Positions 17,585 to 26,945 of a stretch of DNA of 32,000 nt are shown here, piece by piece. How positions within the stretch are numbered: the stretch's first letter is position 1; each line of letters begins with the position of its first letter. The translations under genes and the position numbers were made by a program. Origin of the DNA: Crocosphaera subtropica ATCC 51142 (lineage in GTDB: Bacteria; Cyanobacteriota; Cyanobacteriia; Cyanobacteriales; Microcystaceae); NCBI RefSeq assembly GCF_000017845.1, contig NC_010546.1, positions 2,760,001 to 2,792,000 of the forward strand, in the 5' to 3' direction. The notes beneath the pieces are model-generated. The model had not been told where the DNA came from, ran no database searches, and saw nothing but the letters and a program-made list of their open reading frames with translations.

Positions 17585-17653
17585 GAAAGGGTCGATAGAA
17601 CCGCTTGAAAACCAATCAAGCGGATATCGTCTCTAGAAAAATATAGGATTTAT

Positions 17654-18487
17654 ATGACGAATACGATTAAAATATCCCCTGACAAGAGGAAACCGTTAAC
17701 ATTTAACTGGATAGCTATCGCCTTTTTTAGTGCAGTTCATCTAGTTGCACTTTCAGCCCCGTGGTTCTTTTCGTGGTCAGCTTTAGGGGTGGCTATTTTT
17801 CTCCATTGGTTGATCGGCAGTATTGGCATTTGTTTAGGGTATCATCGCTTATTAACTCACCGCAGTTTTGAAGTTCCAAAACCCCTAGAATATATCATTG
17901 CAATCATTGGTGCTTTAGCATTGCAAGGTAGCCCTATATTTTGGGTTTCAGGACACCGAATGCACCATGCTTATACTGAAGATATGGAAAAAGATCCTTA
18001 CTCTGCGAAACGGGGTTTTTGGTGGAGTCATATACTCTGGTTGTTTTATGATCGTCCAGAATTTTTTAACTATGATCAGTATAAAAAATATGCCCCGGAT
18101 CTTGATAAACAGCCCTTTTATCGTTGGTTAGATCGCTATTTCTTATTATTACAGTTACCTCTGGGACTTTTACTTTACCTTCTCGGTGGTTGGTCATTTG
18201 TTATTTATGGTTTGTTTGTCAGAACGGTTTTACTGTGGCATAGTACCTGGTTTATTAACTCTGTCTCTCATCTAATAGGCTATCGTACTTATAATAGTAA
18301 TGATAATTCCCGTAACTTATGGTGGGCAGCTATCTTAACTTATGGAGAAGGTTGGCATAATAATCATCATGCTTATCCTAACATAGCTAAGGCCGGATTG
18401 AAATGGTGGGAACTTGATGTAACTTGGTGGGCAATTAAGATTTTGAGTAAACTGAATTTAGCTAAGAAGATTAAACTACCCGTTTAA
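17654..18487 (+). CDS. desC: Delta-9 acyl-lipid/acyl-CoA fatty acid desaturase
   Basis: Three histidine boxes (HRLLTH, HRMHH, HNNHH) and the membrane topology typical of DesC-type desaturases. Confidence 0.9.
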   Translation: MTNTIKISPDKRKPLTFNWIAIAFFSAVHLVALSAPWFFSWSALGVAIFLHWLIGSIGICLGYHRLLTHRSFEVPKPLEYIIAIIGALALQGSPIFWVSGHRMHHAYTEDMEKDPYSAKRGFWWSHILWLFYDRPEFFNYDQYKKYAPDLDKQPFYRWLDRYFLLLQLPLGLLLYLLGGWSFVIYGLFVRTVLLWHSTWFINSVSHLIGYRTYNSNDNSRNLWWAAILTYGEGWHNNHHAYPNIAKAGLKWWELDVTWWAIKILSKLNLAKKIKLPV

Positions 18488-18488
18488 A

Positions 18489-21400
18489 ATGATTCCGAGA
18501 CTTTTACCAGAAACAACCATCAATCAAACCATTGCTAATTTTTTAACTTGTTTAAAAGAAACGACTTTTTCAGGAGATATTAAAGGGGATATCGCTAACC
18601 GTTTAATTGCTTCGACTGATAACAGTATTTATCAAATTTTACCCCAAGGCGTTGTTTTTCCTCGTACCACCGAAGATATCAGAGAAATTTTTAAATTAGC
18701 TAACAAAACTGAATTTGAGTCTGTTACTTTTTCACCCAGAGGAGGGGGAACTGGTACCAATGGACAATCACTTTCTCCTAGTATTATTATAGACTGTTCT
18801 AAGTACATGAATCAAGTTTTAGAACTCAATTTAGAAGAAGATTGGGTTAGGGTTCAACCTGGAATTATTTTAGACCAATTGAACCAAATTTTATCGGAAC
18901 ATAATTTATTTTTTGCGCCTTCTCTTGCTCCTAGTAATCGTGCTACTATCGGGGGAATGATTAATACAGATGCTGCCGGTAAAGGTTCTCGTATTTATGG
19001 GAAAACCAGTGATCATATTTTGGAATTAAGTTGGGTTTTATCCAATGGAACTTTAAGCAGTTCCTCACAAATTAGTAGAGATGATTTAGATAGTTTAAAA
19101 CAACAAAATGGAAGATTAGGAGAAATTTATAACCTTATTGATAAAATCGTCTCTGAAAAAGCAGAATTAATTGACAATATCTTTCCGAAGTTAACTCGAT
19201 TTATGACGGGTTATAACGTAGCTAAAGTTTATGATGAAACAAGAAACTATTTTGATCTTAATCGAATTCTAGCGGGTTCAGAAGGAACATTAGGAATTAT
19301 TACAGAAACGAAATTGAAGTTAACTAAAATTCCTAAAGCGACTCAATTATTAGCAATTCATTATCAGAATTTTGATGCGGCTTTAAAAGATGCTACAAAC
19401 TTACTCAATTATGATCCTGCTGCTATTGAAACTGTGGACGAAATAATTTTAGAATTAGCTAAAAATGATAGTATTTATCAAGAGGTTAAAGACTTTATTT
19501 GTGAGGCTAAAGCTATTAATTTAGTTGAGTTTGTTGGAGAAACTAATCAAGATATAGAACAGCAAATAAGCCCTTTAATTGATCAATTAGAAAATTATAA
19601 AAATCCAGGTGTTCTAGGCTATTATCATACTGAAAAACCAGAAGAAATTAAGAAATTATGGTCATTAAGAAAAAAAGGAGCAGCTTTATTAGGAAGTATG
19701 CCAGGCCATCGCAAACCTATTGCTTTTATTGAAGATACTGCCGTTTCTCCTGAAAATTTAGCCAGTTATACCCATGAATTTCAAGCTTTATTAAACAGTT
19801 ATAAACTTACTTATGCTATGTTTGGTCATGTCGATGTGGGTTGTCTTCATGTTCGTCCTGCGTTAGATATGAAAGTCCCTGAAGATGAAAAATTGATTAG
19901 AGAAATATCGGATCAAGTTGTTAATTTAGTTCGTAAATATGGTGGGGTTATCTGGGGAGAACATGGTAAAGGATTTCGCAGTGAATACACCCCTTTATTC
20001 TTTGGAGAAGAACTCTATCAAGACTTAAGAAGAATCAAAGAAGTTTTTGATCCAGATAATAAATTAAATCCAGGAAAAATAGTGACACCTTATAACAGTT
20101 CAGATGAAATTGTTAAACTAGAATCAACTTTAAGGGGACACTTTGATCGTCAGGTTTCTCAACAGTTTAGAACTGAGTATGAAGCAGTCTTTAATTGTAA
20201 TGGAAATGGTGCTTGTTTTAACTTTAATCCTGATGAAATTATTTGTCCTTCTGCTAAACAAACTCGCAATCGCATTCACTCCCCAAAAGGCAGGGCAATG
20301 TTATTAAGAGAATGGTTAAGATTACTGTCAAAATCAAATTTCAAAGACAGCTTTAAGGAGAATTTATCCTTTCCTAAAAAGGTCTGGTACACCCTAGACA
20401 AATGGCAAGGAAAAGAAGATTTTTCCCATGATGTTTATGAAGCAATGCAAGGCTGTCTTGCTTGTAAAGGATGTATAAGTCAATGTCCCATTCATGTTGA
20501 TATTCCTGACTTAAAATCTCAATTTTTAGAACGTTATCATAGTCGTTATTTACGTTCTTTTAGAGATTATTTAATGGCTAATATTGAAAAATTAATCTAT
20601 TATCAATCTTTTGCGCCTAATTTATTTAATAGTTTGGTGCAGAACACTATAAGTAAATTATTAATCAATAAAACCTTAAATTTAGTTGATACTCCCCTTA
20701 TTAGTTACCCAACTGTACGAGATAAATTACCTATAGCGTTAAATATAGAAACCTTAGATAAGTTATCAGTAGAAGAACAAAAAAATAGCATTATTTTGCT
20801 ACAAGATGCCTTTACCAGTTTTTATGAATCACAGTTAGTGATAGACACTTATCATTGTCTAGAAAACTTAGATTATAATGTTTATATTTTGCCTTTTTTT
20901 ATCAATGGAAAAACCCTACATCTAAAAGGTTTTATTAATAATTTCAAGATGGTTATTCATAATAATATTAATGCCTTGAAAACAGTTTTAGACTTAGATA
21001 TTCCGATAATTGGCATTGAACCTAGTATGACCTTAACTTATCGAGATGAGTATGAAAAAATTGCTTCTGATAAAAACATTTTTAAGAAAGTTCAACTCAT
21101 CCAAGAATTTTTAGTAACACAAGAGAAAAGATTCCCCAAAATTCAATCAACCCATCCCTATTATTTATTAGCACATTGTCATGAAAAATCCCTAGCTTTT
21201 AACTCAGAAAAGCAATGGCAAACAGTTTTTAAAAACATGGGAATTAGTTTAAATATTGTATCTGTTGGTTGTTGTGGAATGGCTGGAATGTATGGCCATG
21301 AAAAAGAACATTATGAAAATTCTAAAGGTATTTATCAGAGTAGTTGGCAACAACATTTACCTAAAAAGATTGACGAACAACCCTATTATTTAGTTACGGG

Positions 21401-21506
21401 ATATTCCTGTCGTTCTCAAGTCAAAAGATTTTCAGGATGGAAACCCCAACATCCTATTCAAGCTTTAAATCAATTAATCTCTTTCTCCAAAAATAATAGT
21501 TCCTAA
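18489..21506 (+). CDS. FAD-linked oxidase fused to 4Fe-4S and CCG domains (YdiJ-type 2-hydroxyacid dehydrogenase)
   Basis: 1005 aa. N-terminal FAD-binding PCMH region (PRGGGTGTNGQS), then a FAD-oxidase C-domain. It also has the Cys clusters CNGNGACFNFNPDEIICPS and CLACKGCISQCP, and a C-terminal CCG-type motif VGCCGMAGMYGHE. The ATG lies 1 nt after the desC stop. Confidence 0.85.
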   Translation: MIPRLLPETTINQTIANFLTCLKETTFSGDIKGDIANRLIASTDNSIYQILPQGVVFPRTTEDIREIFKLANKTEFESVTFSPRGGGTGTNGQSLSPSIIIDCSKYMNQVLELNLEEDWVRVQPGIILDQLNQILSEHNLFFAPSLAPSNRATIGGMINTDAAGKGSRIYGKTSDHILELSWVLSNGTLSSSSQISRDDLDSLKQQNGRLGEIYNLIDKIVSEKAELIDNIFPKLTRFMTGYNVAKVYDETRNYFDLNRILAGSEGTLGIITETKLKLTKIPKATQLLAIHYQNFDAALKDATNLLNYDPAAIETVDEIILELAKNDSIYQEVKDFICEAKAINLVEFVGETNQDIEQQISPLIDQLENYKNPGVLGYYHTEKPEEIKKLWSLRKKGAALLGSMPGHRKPIAFIEDTAVSPENLASYTHEFQALLNSYKLTYAMFGHVDVGCLHVRPALDMKVPEDEKLIREISDQVVNLVRKYGGVIWGEHGKGFRSEYTPLFFGEELYQDLRRIKEVFDPDNKLNPGKIVTPYNSSDEIVKLESTLRGHFDRQVSQQFRTEYEAVFNCNGNGACFNFNPDEIICPSAKQTRNRIHSPKGRAMLLREWLRLLSKSNFKDSFKENLSFPKKVWYTLDKWQGKEDFSHDVYEAMQGCLACKGCISQCPIHVDIPDLKSQFLERYHSRYLRSFRDYLMANIEKLIYYQSFAPNLFNSLVQNTISKLLINKTLNLVDTPLISYPTVRDKLPIALNIETLDKLSVEEQKNSIILLQDAFTSFYESQLVIDTYHCLENLDYNVYILPFFINGKTLHLKGFINNFKMVIHNNINALKTVLDLDIPIIGIEPSMTLTYRDEYEKIASDKNIFKKVQLIQEFLVTQEKRFPKIQSTHPYYLLAHCHEKSLAFNSEKQWQTVFKNMGISLNIVSVGCCGMAGMYGHEKEHYENSKGIYQSSWQQHLPKKIDEQPYYLVTGYSCRSQVKRFSGWKPQHPIQALNQLISFSKNNSS

Positions 21507-22130
21507 ACGTATCATCGTTGCCCCTTTTTCTACTGCTAATAAATAATCATTCGACATTCCCATAGATAATTCTTTCAACTGTAGAGACGACTTTTCTGTT
21601 ATTTTAGTCGCAAGTTTTTTTGTTTTTTCAAAAGTATCTAAACATTCAACTTGAGATAATCCTAAGGGTAAAATAGTCATTAAACCATCAATTTTTATAT
21701 GTTTAAAAGATTCTAGTTCAGGCAAATCTTGCCAAAGTTCTTCTACTGTCCAACCATACTTATTAGGATCAGGTAAAATTTTAACTTGGAGACAAACATG
21801 GGGAGAAATAAAAGTTTTAGCTGCTAATTTATCTAGATATTCTGCTAACTTAAGGCTATCCACTGAATGAATCCAATGAAAATTTTCTAATACTTTTTTA
21901 GCTTTATTCGTTTGAATATGACCGATAAAGTGCCAACAAATGTCTTGATAATCTTGTAACTGTTCCTGCTTTTCTAGTGCCTCTTGAACACGACTTTCTG
22001 CAAAATCACGAATTCCATAATTGTAGGCTTCTTTAATAGCAGCGACTGACTTCTTTTTAGTCACAGCAACTAAACGAATATCAGAAGGAATTTGACCCAT
22101 AATTTTGTCAAGATTTTCAGCAATAGTCAT
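21474..22130 (-). CDS. pipY: YggS/PROSC-family PLP-binding protein PipY
   Basis: 218 aa. VAVTKKKS (PLP lysine), HFIGHIQTNK, and SMGMSNDY...IRLGTIIFG. It lies 5 nt downstream of pipX. Confidence 0.9.
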   Translation of the reverse strand: MTIAENLDKIMGQIPSDIRLVAVTKKKSVAAIKEAYNYGIRDFAESRVQEALEKQEQLQDYQDICWHFIGHIQTNKAKKVLENFHWIHSVDSLKLAEYLDKLAAKTFISPHVCLQVKILPDPNKYGWTVEELWQDLPELESFKHIKIDGLMTILPLGLSQVECLDTFEKTKKLATKITEKSSLQLKELSMGMSNDYLLAVEKGATMIRLGTIIFGERD

Positions 22131-22135
22131 ATTAT

Positions 22136-22405
22136 TTAAGGAAAGGTTTGTTTATACATCTTTTGAAAGTCTTTGTACTCTTCAGTGAGTCCTAGACGAT
22201 GAAGATTACGCAAACGTTTTTCTACTAATAATCTAGCATCTGAACGGCTAATAGGTTCAAAAACCGTATTATTCGGTATCATCTTCACTAGAAAAAATAA
22301 CCGTTGAGCGTATAATGTAGTAAATAACTCTTGATTGTCATCAAGGACACAGACACGATAAAGAAGTCCGAAAACAGGATGATTAAAATAAGTTTCGTTT
22401 GTCAT
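22136..22405 (-). CDS. pipX: PII-interacting protein PipX
   Basis: 89 aa. ETYFNHPVFGLLYRVCVLDDNQELFTTLYAQRLFFLV is the hallmark PipX Tudor-like domain sequence. Confidence 0.92.
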   Translation of the reverse strand: MTNETYFNHPVFGLLYRVCVLDDNQELFTTLYAQRLFFLVKMIPNNTVFEPISRSDARLLVEKRLRNLHRLGLTEEYKDFQKMYKQTFP

Positions 22406-22519
22406 TCTTGATCTTTAAAAAGTTCCTTTAATAATAACTCTCTAAACCCTATAAGTCTAGGTGTATTGTAGTCAAGTGTTGAAAAAAATTACTATTAATT
22501 AAAGTATCATAAAAAAAAG

Positions 22520-23494
22520 ATGATAAAGCAAATTACCTATAGTCCAGCTTATACCTTAGTACCGACCTACGAATGTTTTAATCGTTGTACCTATTGTAAT
22601 TTTCGGGTTGACCCTTATCAAGATGATTGGTTAACTTTAGAAAAAAGTCAAACTATTTTGCAAAAACTGCAAGAGCAATTTGTTTGTGAAATTTTGATTT
22701 TAAGTGGTGAAGTTCATCCCCAGTCCCCCAGAAGAAAAGCTTGGTTTCAAAACATTTATAATCTCTGTCAATTAGCCTTATCCTTAGGCTTTTTACCCCA
22801 TACCAACGTAGGTATTTTAAGTTTTGCTGAAATGGAAACCCTGAAAACCGTTAATCCGTCTATGGGTTTAATGGTTGAACAAATTACCCCAAAACTTTTA
22901 GAAACTGTTCATCATTATGCACCGAGTAAGTTACCTTCATTAAGGTTACAACAATTAGAATGGGCAGGGGAATTAAAAATTCCTTTTACCACAGGAATTC
23001 TCTTAGGAATTGGAGAAACAGAAAAGGAATCTTGGCAAACATTAGAAGCGATCGCCACGATTCATCAAAAATGGCACCATATCCAGGAAGTCATTTTACA
23101 GCCTCATTGTACAGGAAGCAAGCAACACTTACCAGGTTCTACTTTCCCCATTCATCAATTACCGGAAATGGTGGCTAAAGCTAGAGAAATTTTACCGAAT
23201 TCTATTACCTTACAAATTCCACCTAATTTAATCACAGATCCCAAATGTTTGTTAGACTGTTTAGAAGCAGGGGCAAGAGATTTAGGTGGAATCAGCCCAA
23301 AAGATGAGGTAAACCCAGACTATCCCCATTTTTCTCATCAAGGTTTAGTTAATTTATTAGCGTCTCAAGGATGGCAATTAGTTCCTCGTCTTCCTGTCTA
23401 TCCTTATTACTATGATTGGTTACCATCATCCCTACAAAATACCGTAACTTCCTGGAAAAATTCTTCTCAATTTCAGTCCTTGTTGTCAATTTAA
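22520..23494 (+). CDS. cofG: FO synthase subunit 1 (7,8-didemethyl-8-hydroxy-5-deazariboflavin synthase CofG), radical SAM
   Basis: ITYSPAYTLVPTYECFNRCTYCNF (CxxxCxxC radical-SAM cluster in the CofG context), 324 aa. Confidence 0.85.
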   Translation: MIKQITYSPAYTLVPTYECFNRCTYCNFRVDPYQDDWLTLEKSQTILQKLQEQFVCEILILSGEVHPQSPRRKAWFQNIYNLCQLALSLGFLPHTNVGILSFAEMETLKTVNPSMGLMVEQITPKLLETVHHYAPSKLPSLRLQQLEWAGELKIPFTTGILLGIGETEKESWQTLEAIATIHQKWHHIQEVILQPHCTGSKQHLPGSTFPIHQLPEMVAKAREILPNSITLQIPPNLITDPKCLLDCLEAGARDLGGISPKDEVNPDYPHFSHQGLVNLLASQGWQLVPRLPVYPYYYDWLPSSLQNTVTSWKNSSQFQSLLSI

Positions 23495-23550
23495 TAGGAA
23501 ATTGCTAAAATCTGACTAAAATAAAAATACAATAAATAGGTAATTTATCC

Positions 23551-23946
23551 ATGTTAAATCAAAGCAACTTCCAAAGTAATGTTTCTCTTTTAGGTCGGCT
23601 ATTTTTATCAGCAATTTTTATTAAATCTGGTGTTAGTAAGCTATTATCTCCAGCACAAACTCAAGCTTATATGGCCTCAAAAGGAATCCCTTTAACTGAA
23701 GTTTTACTGTGGGCAACTATTCTAGTGTTAATTGTAGGCGGTTTATCTATTTTGTTAGGATATAAATCTAAAATGGGGGCGTGTTTGTTAATTGGATTTT
23801 TAATCCCTGCCACCTTGATTTTTCATGGCACTTTTCCCGAAGAAGAAATCGCTTTTTTTAAGAATTTAGGATTAATGGGAGGACTATTAATGATTCTTGC
23901 CTTTGGTTCAGGAAAATTTAGTTTAGAACACTATCTTAAATCGTAA
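23551..23946 (+). CDS. DoxX-family membrane protein
   Basis: 131 aa, 4 TM. LGRLFLSAIFIKSGVSKL... is typical of DoxX. Confidence 0.8.
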   Translation: MLNQSNFQSNVSLLGRLFLSAIFIKSGVSKLLSPAQTQAYMASKGIPLTEVLLWATILVLIVGGLSILLGYKSKMGACLLIGFLIPATLIFHGTFPEEEIAFFKNLGLMGGLLMILAFGSGKFSLEHYLKS

Positions 23947-24070
23947 TTAACCTATTTTATAGGGGCAATTCCTTAATTGTCCCTTAACCCTATTAAACTT
24001 TTATATAATAAAAATTTTACACATTATAAGATAAAATTCATAGGAGGAACTAATTAATTTCAAGAAAATA

Positions 24071-25177
24071 ATGACTAACACACACACATTATTTACTCCT
24101 TGTCAAGTCGGTAATATTACTCTGAAAAATCGAGTCATTATGGCACCTTTAACCCGTTCGAGGGCTGGAGAAGAAAGAATGCCCAATGACCTCATGAAGC
24201 AGTATTATAAACAAAGAAAATCAGCAGGATTAATCATTAGTGAAGCAACGGTTATTTCTCGACAAGGGTGTGGTTGGTTACACAGTCCAGGTATTTATTC
24301 AGACGAACAAATGGAAGCTTGGCAACCGGTTACTCAAGCACTTCATGAAACAGAAACCCCCATTTTTTTGCAACTTTGGCACTGTGGAAGAGCATCCCAT
24401 AGTAGCTTTCAAGAAAACAATCAATTACCTGTTTCTGCATCAGCAATTAAACTAAATGATGACTATATTCATACTCCTATGGGTAAGCAACCCTACGAAA
24501 CTCCTCGTGCCTTAGCAACCGAAGAAATCCCCCGTATTGTTGAAGATTATCGCTTGGCTGCTGAAAGGGCAAAAAAGGCTGGTTTTGATGGTGTTGAAAT
24601 TCATGCAGCGAATGGTTACTTAATTGATCAATTTTTACAATCAAAAACAAATCATCGAACCGATAAGTATGGAGGAAGTATTGAGAATCGTTATCGTTTC
24701 TTAAAAGAGATTGTTGAAGCCATTTTAACTGTATTTCCTGCTAACAGAATAGCCGTAAGATTATCTCCTAATGGTAATTTTAATGATATGGGATCTCCTA
24801 AATATCGAGAACTATTTACCTATATCGCTCAACAGTTAAATCATTACGATTTGGCTTATCTTCATATAGTTGATGGGTTAGAATTTGGATTTCATAACTT
24901 AGGTGAACCCATGACCTTAGCAGAGTTTAGAAAAGTATTTGATGGAGTATTAATGGGAAATTGTGGTTACACGAAAGAAAGTGCAGAGGCAACGATTCAA
25001 GCAGGAAATGCTGATTTAATTGCCTTTGGACGACCCTTTATTAGTAATCCTGACTTAGTAGAAAGATTGGCTAATAATTGGCCGTTAAACCCTCCTGCGG
25101 ATATGAAGGATTGGTACTCTTTTGATGCAGAGGGTTATATTGATTTTCCTACCTATGAAGAGATCAAGAATGGTTAA
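24071..25177 (+). CDS. Old Yellow Enzyme-family NAD(P)H:flavin alkene reductase (NemA-like)
   Basis: VIMAPLTRSRA, QLWHCGR, GFDGVEIHAANGYLIDQFL and AFGRPFISNPDL are all canonical OYE motifs. Confidence 0.9.
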   Translation: MTNTHTLFTPCQVGNITLKNRVIMAPLTRSRAGEERMPNDLMKQYYKQRKSAGLIISEATVISRQGCGWLHSPGIYSDEQMEAWQPVTQALHETETPIFLQLWHCGRASHSSFQENNQLPVSASAIKLNDDYIHTPMGKQPYETPRALATEEIPRIVEDYRLAAERAKKAGFDGVEIHAANGYLIDQFLQSKTNHRTDKYGGSIENRYRFLKEIVEAILTVFPANRIAVRLSPNGNFNDMGSPKYRELFTYIAQQLNHYDLAYLHIVDGLEFGFHNLGEPMTLAEFRKVFDGVLMGNCGYTKESAEATIQAGNADLIAFGRPFISNPDLVERLANNWPLNPPADMKDWYSFDAEGYIDFPTYEEIKNG

Positions 25178-25294
25178 TTAAAGTCTTGTTGTTAGTAGGA
25201 AATGGGCTAATATAGATATTCTGTAGAGATAACTCATGGGTTGTCTCTAGATTTCTGGACTTAGGTTAATCTGAAAGCATTAAATACGCTAAAA

Positions 25295-25915
25295 TTGAAG
25301 ATGCTAAATTTATACGATGAAGCTTTATTAATGTTTAATTTTTTATCATCTTCAACTAATCCCCAACACCTAGCACGCTCTTTTCTATGGTTAGGTAGAA
25401 TCGGTCTTATCTTGCAGATTTTCCTAGGATTTATTCCCCTATTAGTGGTAGTTGCTTATGTGTTATCTCAATCAGGACAAGGACTAATAGGAGGCTTTTC
25501 CTTTGGATTATGGTTAGCTATTGCCTGTTTAATTATACTAATGTTTAGTATTTATTGGTGTTTTCGCTATACTAACCTCGCAAATAAATTGAGAAAAGCA
25601 GAAACAAGACCCTCTAAATCTCAGGTAGTTCGGCATTTACAATTAGGATTATTAGCTAATATTGTAATTTTAATTATTACGGTCATTATTGCCCTATTTC
25701 GTGTCGGAGAGTTGACTTTTAAACTGTTAACTCTACCCCAAGGTGCCACAGTGATTGCCCCCAATAAAATTGGTACAACTTTAGCTACTCCAGGAGCCTT
25801 AATTACCCCATCCAATATGATTGCAATTCAAGCAATGCTCAATGTCATTGCGGCCGGATTAGTAGGGGTTATTGTGGCTTTATTACTTCTCTATAAAGTG
25901 GGGAAACAACCCTAA
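25295..25915 (+). CDS. Four-TM membrane protein (DUF3611-like)
   Basis: 206-aa ORF from TTG 25295; ATG alternatives at 25301 or Met13. Four hydrophobic helices. The family assignment is tentative. Confidence 0.5.
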   Translation: MKMLNLYDEALLMFNFLSSSTNPQHLARSFLWLGRIGLILQIFLGFIPLLVVVAYVLSQSGQGLIGGFSFGLWLAIACLIILMFSIYWCFRYTNLANKLRKAETRPSKSQVVRHLQLGLLANIVILIITVIIALFRVGELTFKLLTLPQGATVIAPNKIGTTLATPGALITPSNMIAIQAMLNVIAAGLVGVIVALLLLYKVGKQP

Positions 25916-26039
25916 AACATGACATTTAACTAATCATAATGTTAAGTCTCATTACAAAAATAGGTTTAGGGCTTGCAAAAGGTTGAGGGGATTCAGGTAA
26001 GATATGTTAAGTGAATTTGACGGCTAAATTTGAATCATA

Positions 26040-26369
26040 ATGGGCTTAAAAATAATTGAAAACTTTGATGCTAATTTTATCCTCACACCAGAAGCCAAAG
26101 AAACCTTATTTAATTTATTAAAGAATCCAGAATTTGTTAAACAAATATCTCAACAATTATCGAATAGTAAAGCATCTATTCAATTTACTGAATTAATTTT
26201 TCAACCGGTTCCCTACAGTACCCAAACCCCCAAAGGAATGCCACCAGAATTTGAGAAATATCACCATTCTGATGAACATATTATTATTAATATCCCCCCT
26301 AATTTTATGTTCAAAGCTAAAATCTTCAAACCCAGTCGTCTCTGTACTATTTATCGTCTCATCAAGTAA
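26040..26369 (+). CDS. Hypothetical protein
   Basis: 109-aa ORF, 36 nt upstream of the GIY-YIG gene on the same strand. No recognisable motif. Confidence 0.4.
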   Translation: MGLKIIENFDANFILTPEAKETLFNLLKNPEFVKQISQQLSNSKASIQFTELIFQPVPYSTQTPKGMPPEFEKYHHSDEHIIINIPPNFMFKAKIFKPSRLCTIYRLIK

Positions 26370-26405
26370 AATATTTTGTCATTATTGTTATCTTGAGCAT
26401 TAACT

Positions 26406-26945
26406 ATGATTACCACAACTCAACTCCCTAGTTTAAACACCCTGGATTATTTCCCTTATCTCAATGAACAGGGAATTATTATTGAAGACTTACAAAAAAA
26501 GATCGGTGTTTATGCTATTTTTGACAAAAATAAGCAGTTAAATTTTATTGGTTATTCTCGTGATATTTATGCCAGTTTAAAACAACATTTAGTCCGTCAA
26601 CCGAACCAATGTCATTGGCTAAAAGTTGAAATTATTACCCGTCCCAGTCGCACTATTTTAGAAGAAATTAAAAATAATTGGACGCAAGAAAATGGAGATA
26701 TATCTATCAATGATGAAAGTAATCAAGCCCTATGGACACAACCCATTGATGCTAAAGTTTTTATGACAGAAGAAGAAAAAGAAACTTATCAAAATAGTGA
26801 TGAATTAGGACAAATTAAACTACTTAAAAAAGTTTCAAGACGAGTTCAAGCCAACATAGAAAAAACCTTAAACCAACGAGGAAATAAAATGGAAATTCGT
26901 TTTAATCCTAAATTAAAAGAAAAAGGATTATTAGATTTAAAATAA
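26406..26945 (+). CDS. GIY-YIG domain protein
   Basis: GVYAIFDKNKQLNFIGYSRDIYASLKQHL matches the GIY...YIG core, followed by a charged helical C-terminus. Confidence 0.7.
   Translation: MITTTQLPSLNTLDYFPYLNEQGIIIEDLQKKIGVYAIFDKNKQLNFIGYSRDIYASLKQHLVRQPNQCHWLKVEIITRPSRTILEEIKNNWTQENGDISINDESNQALWTQPIDAKVFMTEEEKETYQNSDELGQIKLLKKVSRRVQANIEKTLNQRGNKMEIRFNPKLKEKGLLDLK

Noticed and set aside
23961-25249. 10-bp stem-loops after DoxX (23961-23984) and after the OYE gene (25224-25249) as intrinsic terminators
   Set aside because: Both stems are solid (each with one G-U) but are not followed by U-tracts. They are plausible 3'-end stabilisers, but I could not support calling them terminators.
22960-25815. 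Nested ORFs 22960-23178, 24240-24455 and 25621-25815
   Set aside because: They are embedded in alternative frames or antisense within cofG, the OYE reductase and the 4-TM membrane gene respectively, all of which have clear family motifs or topology.
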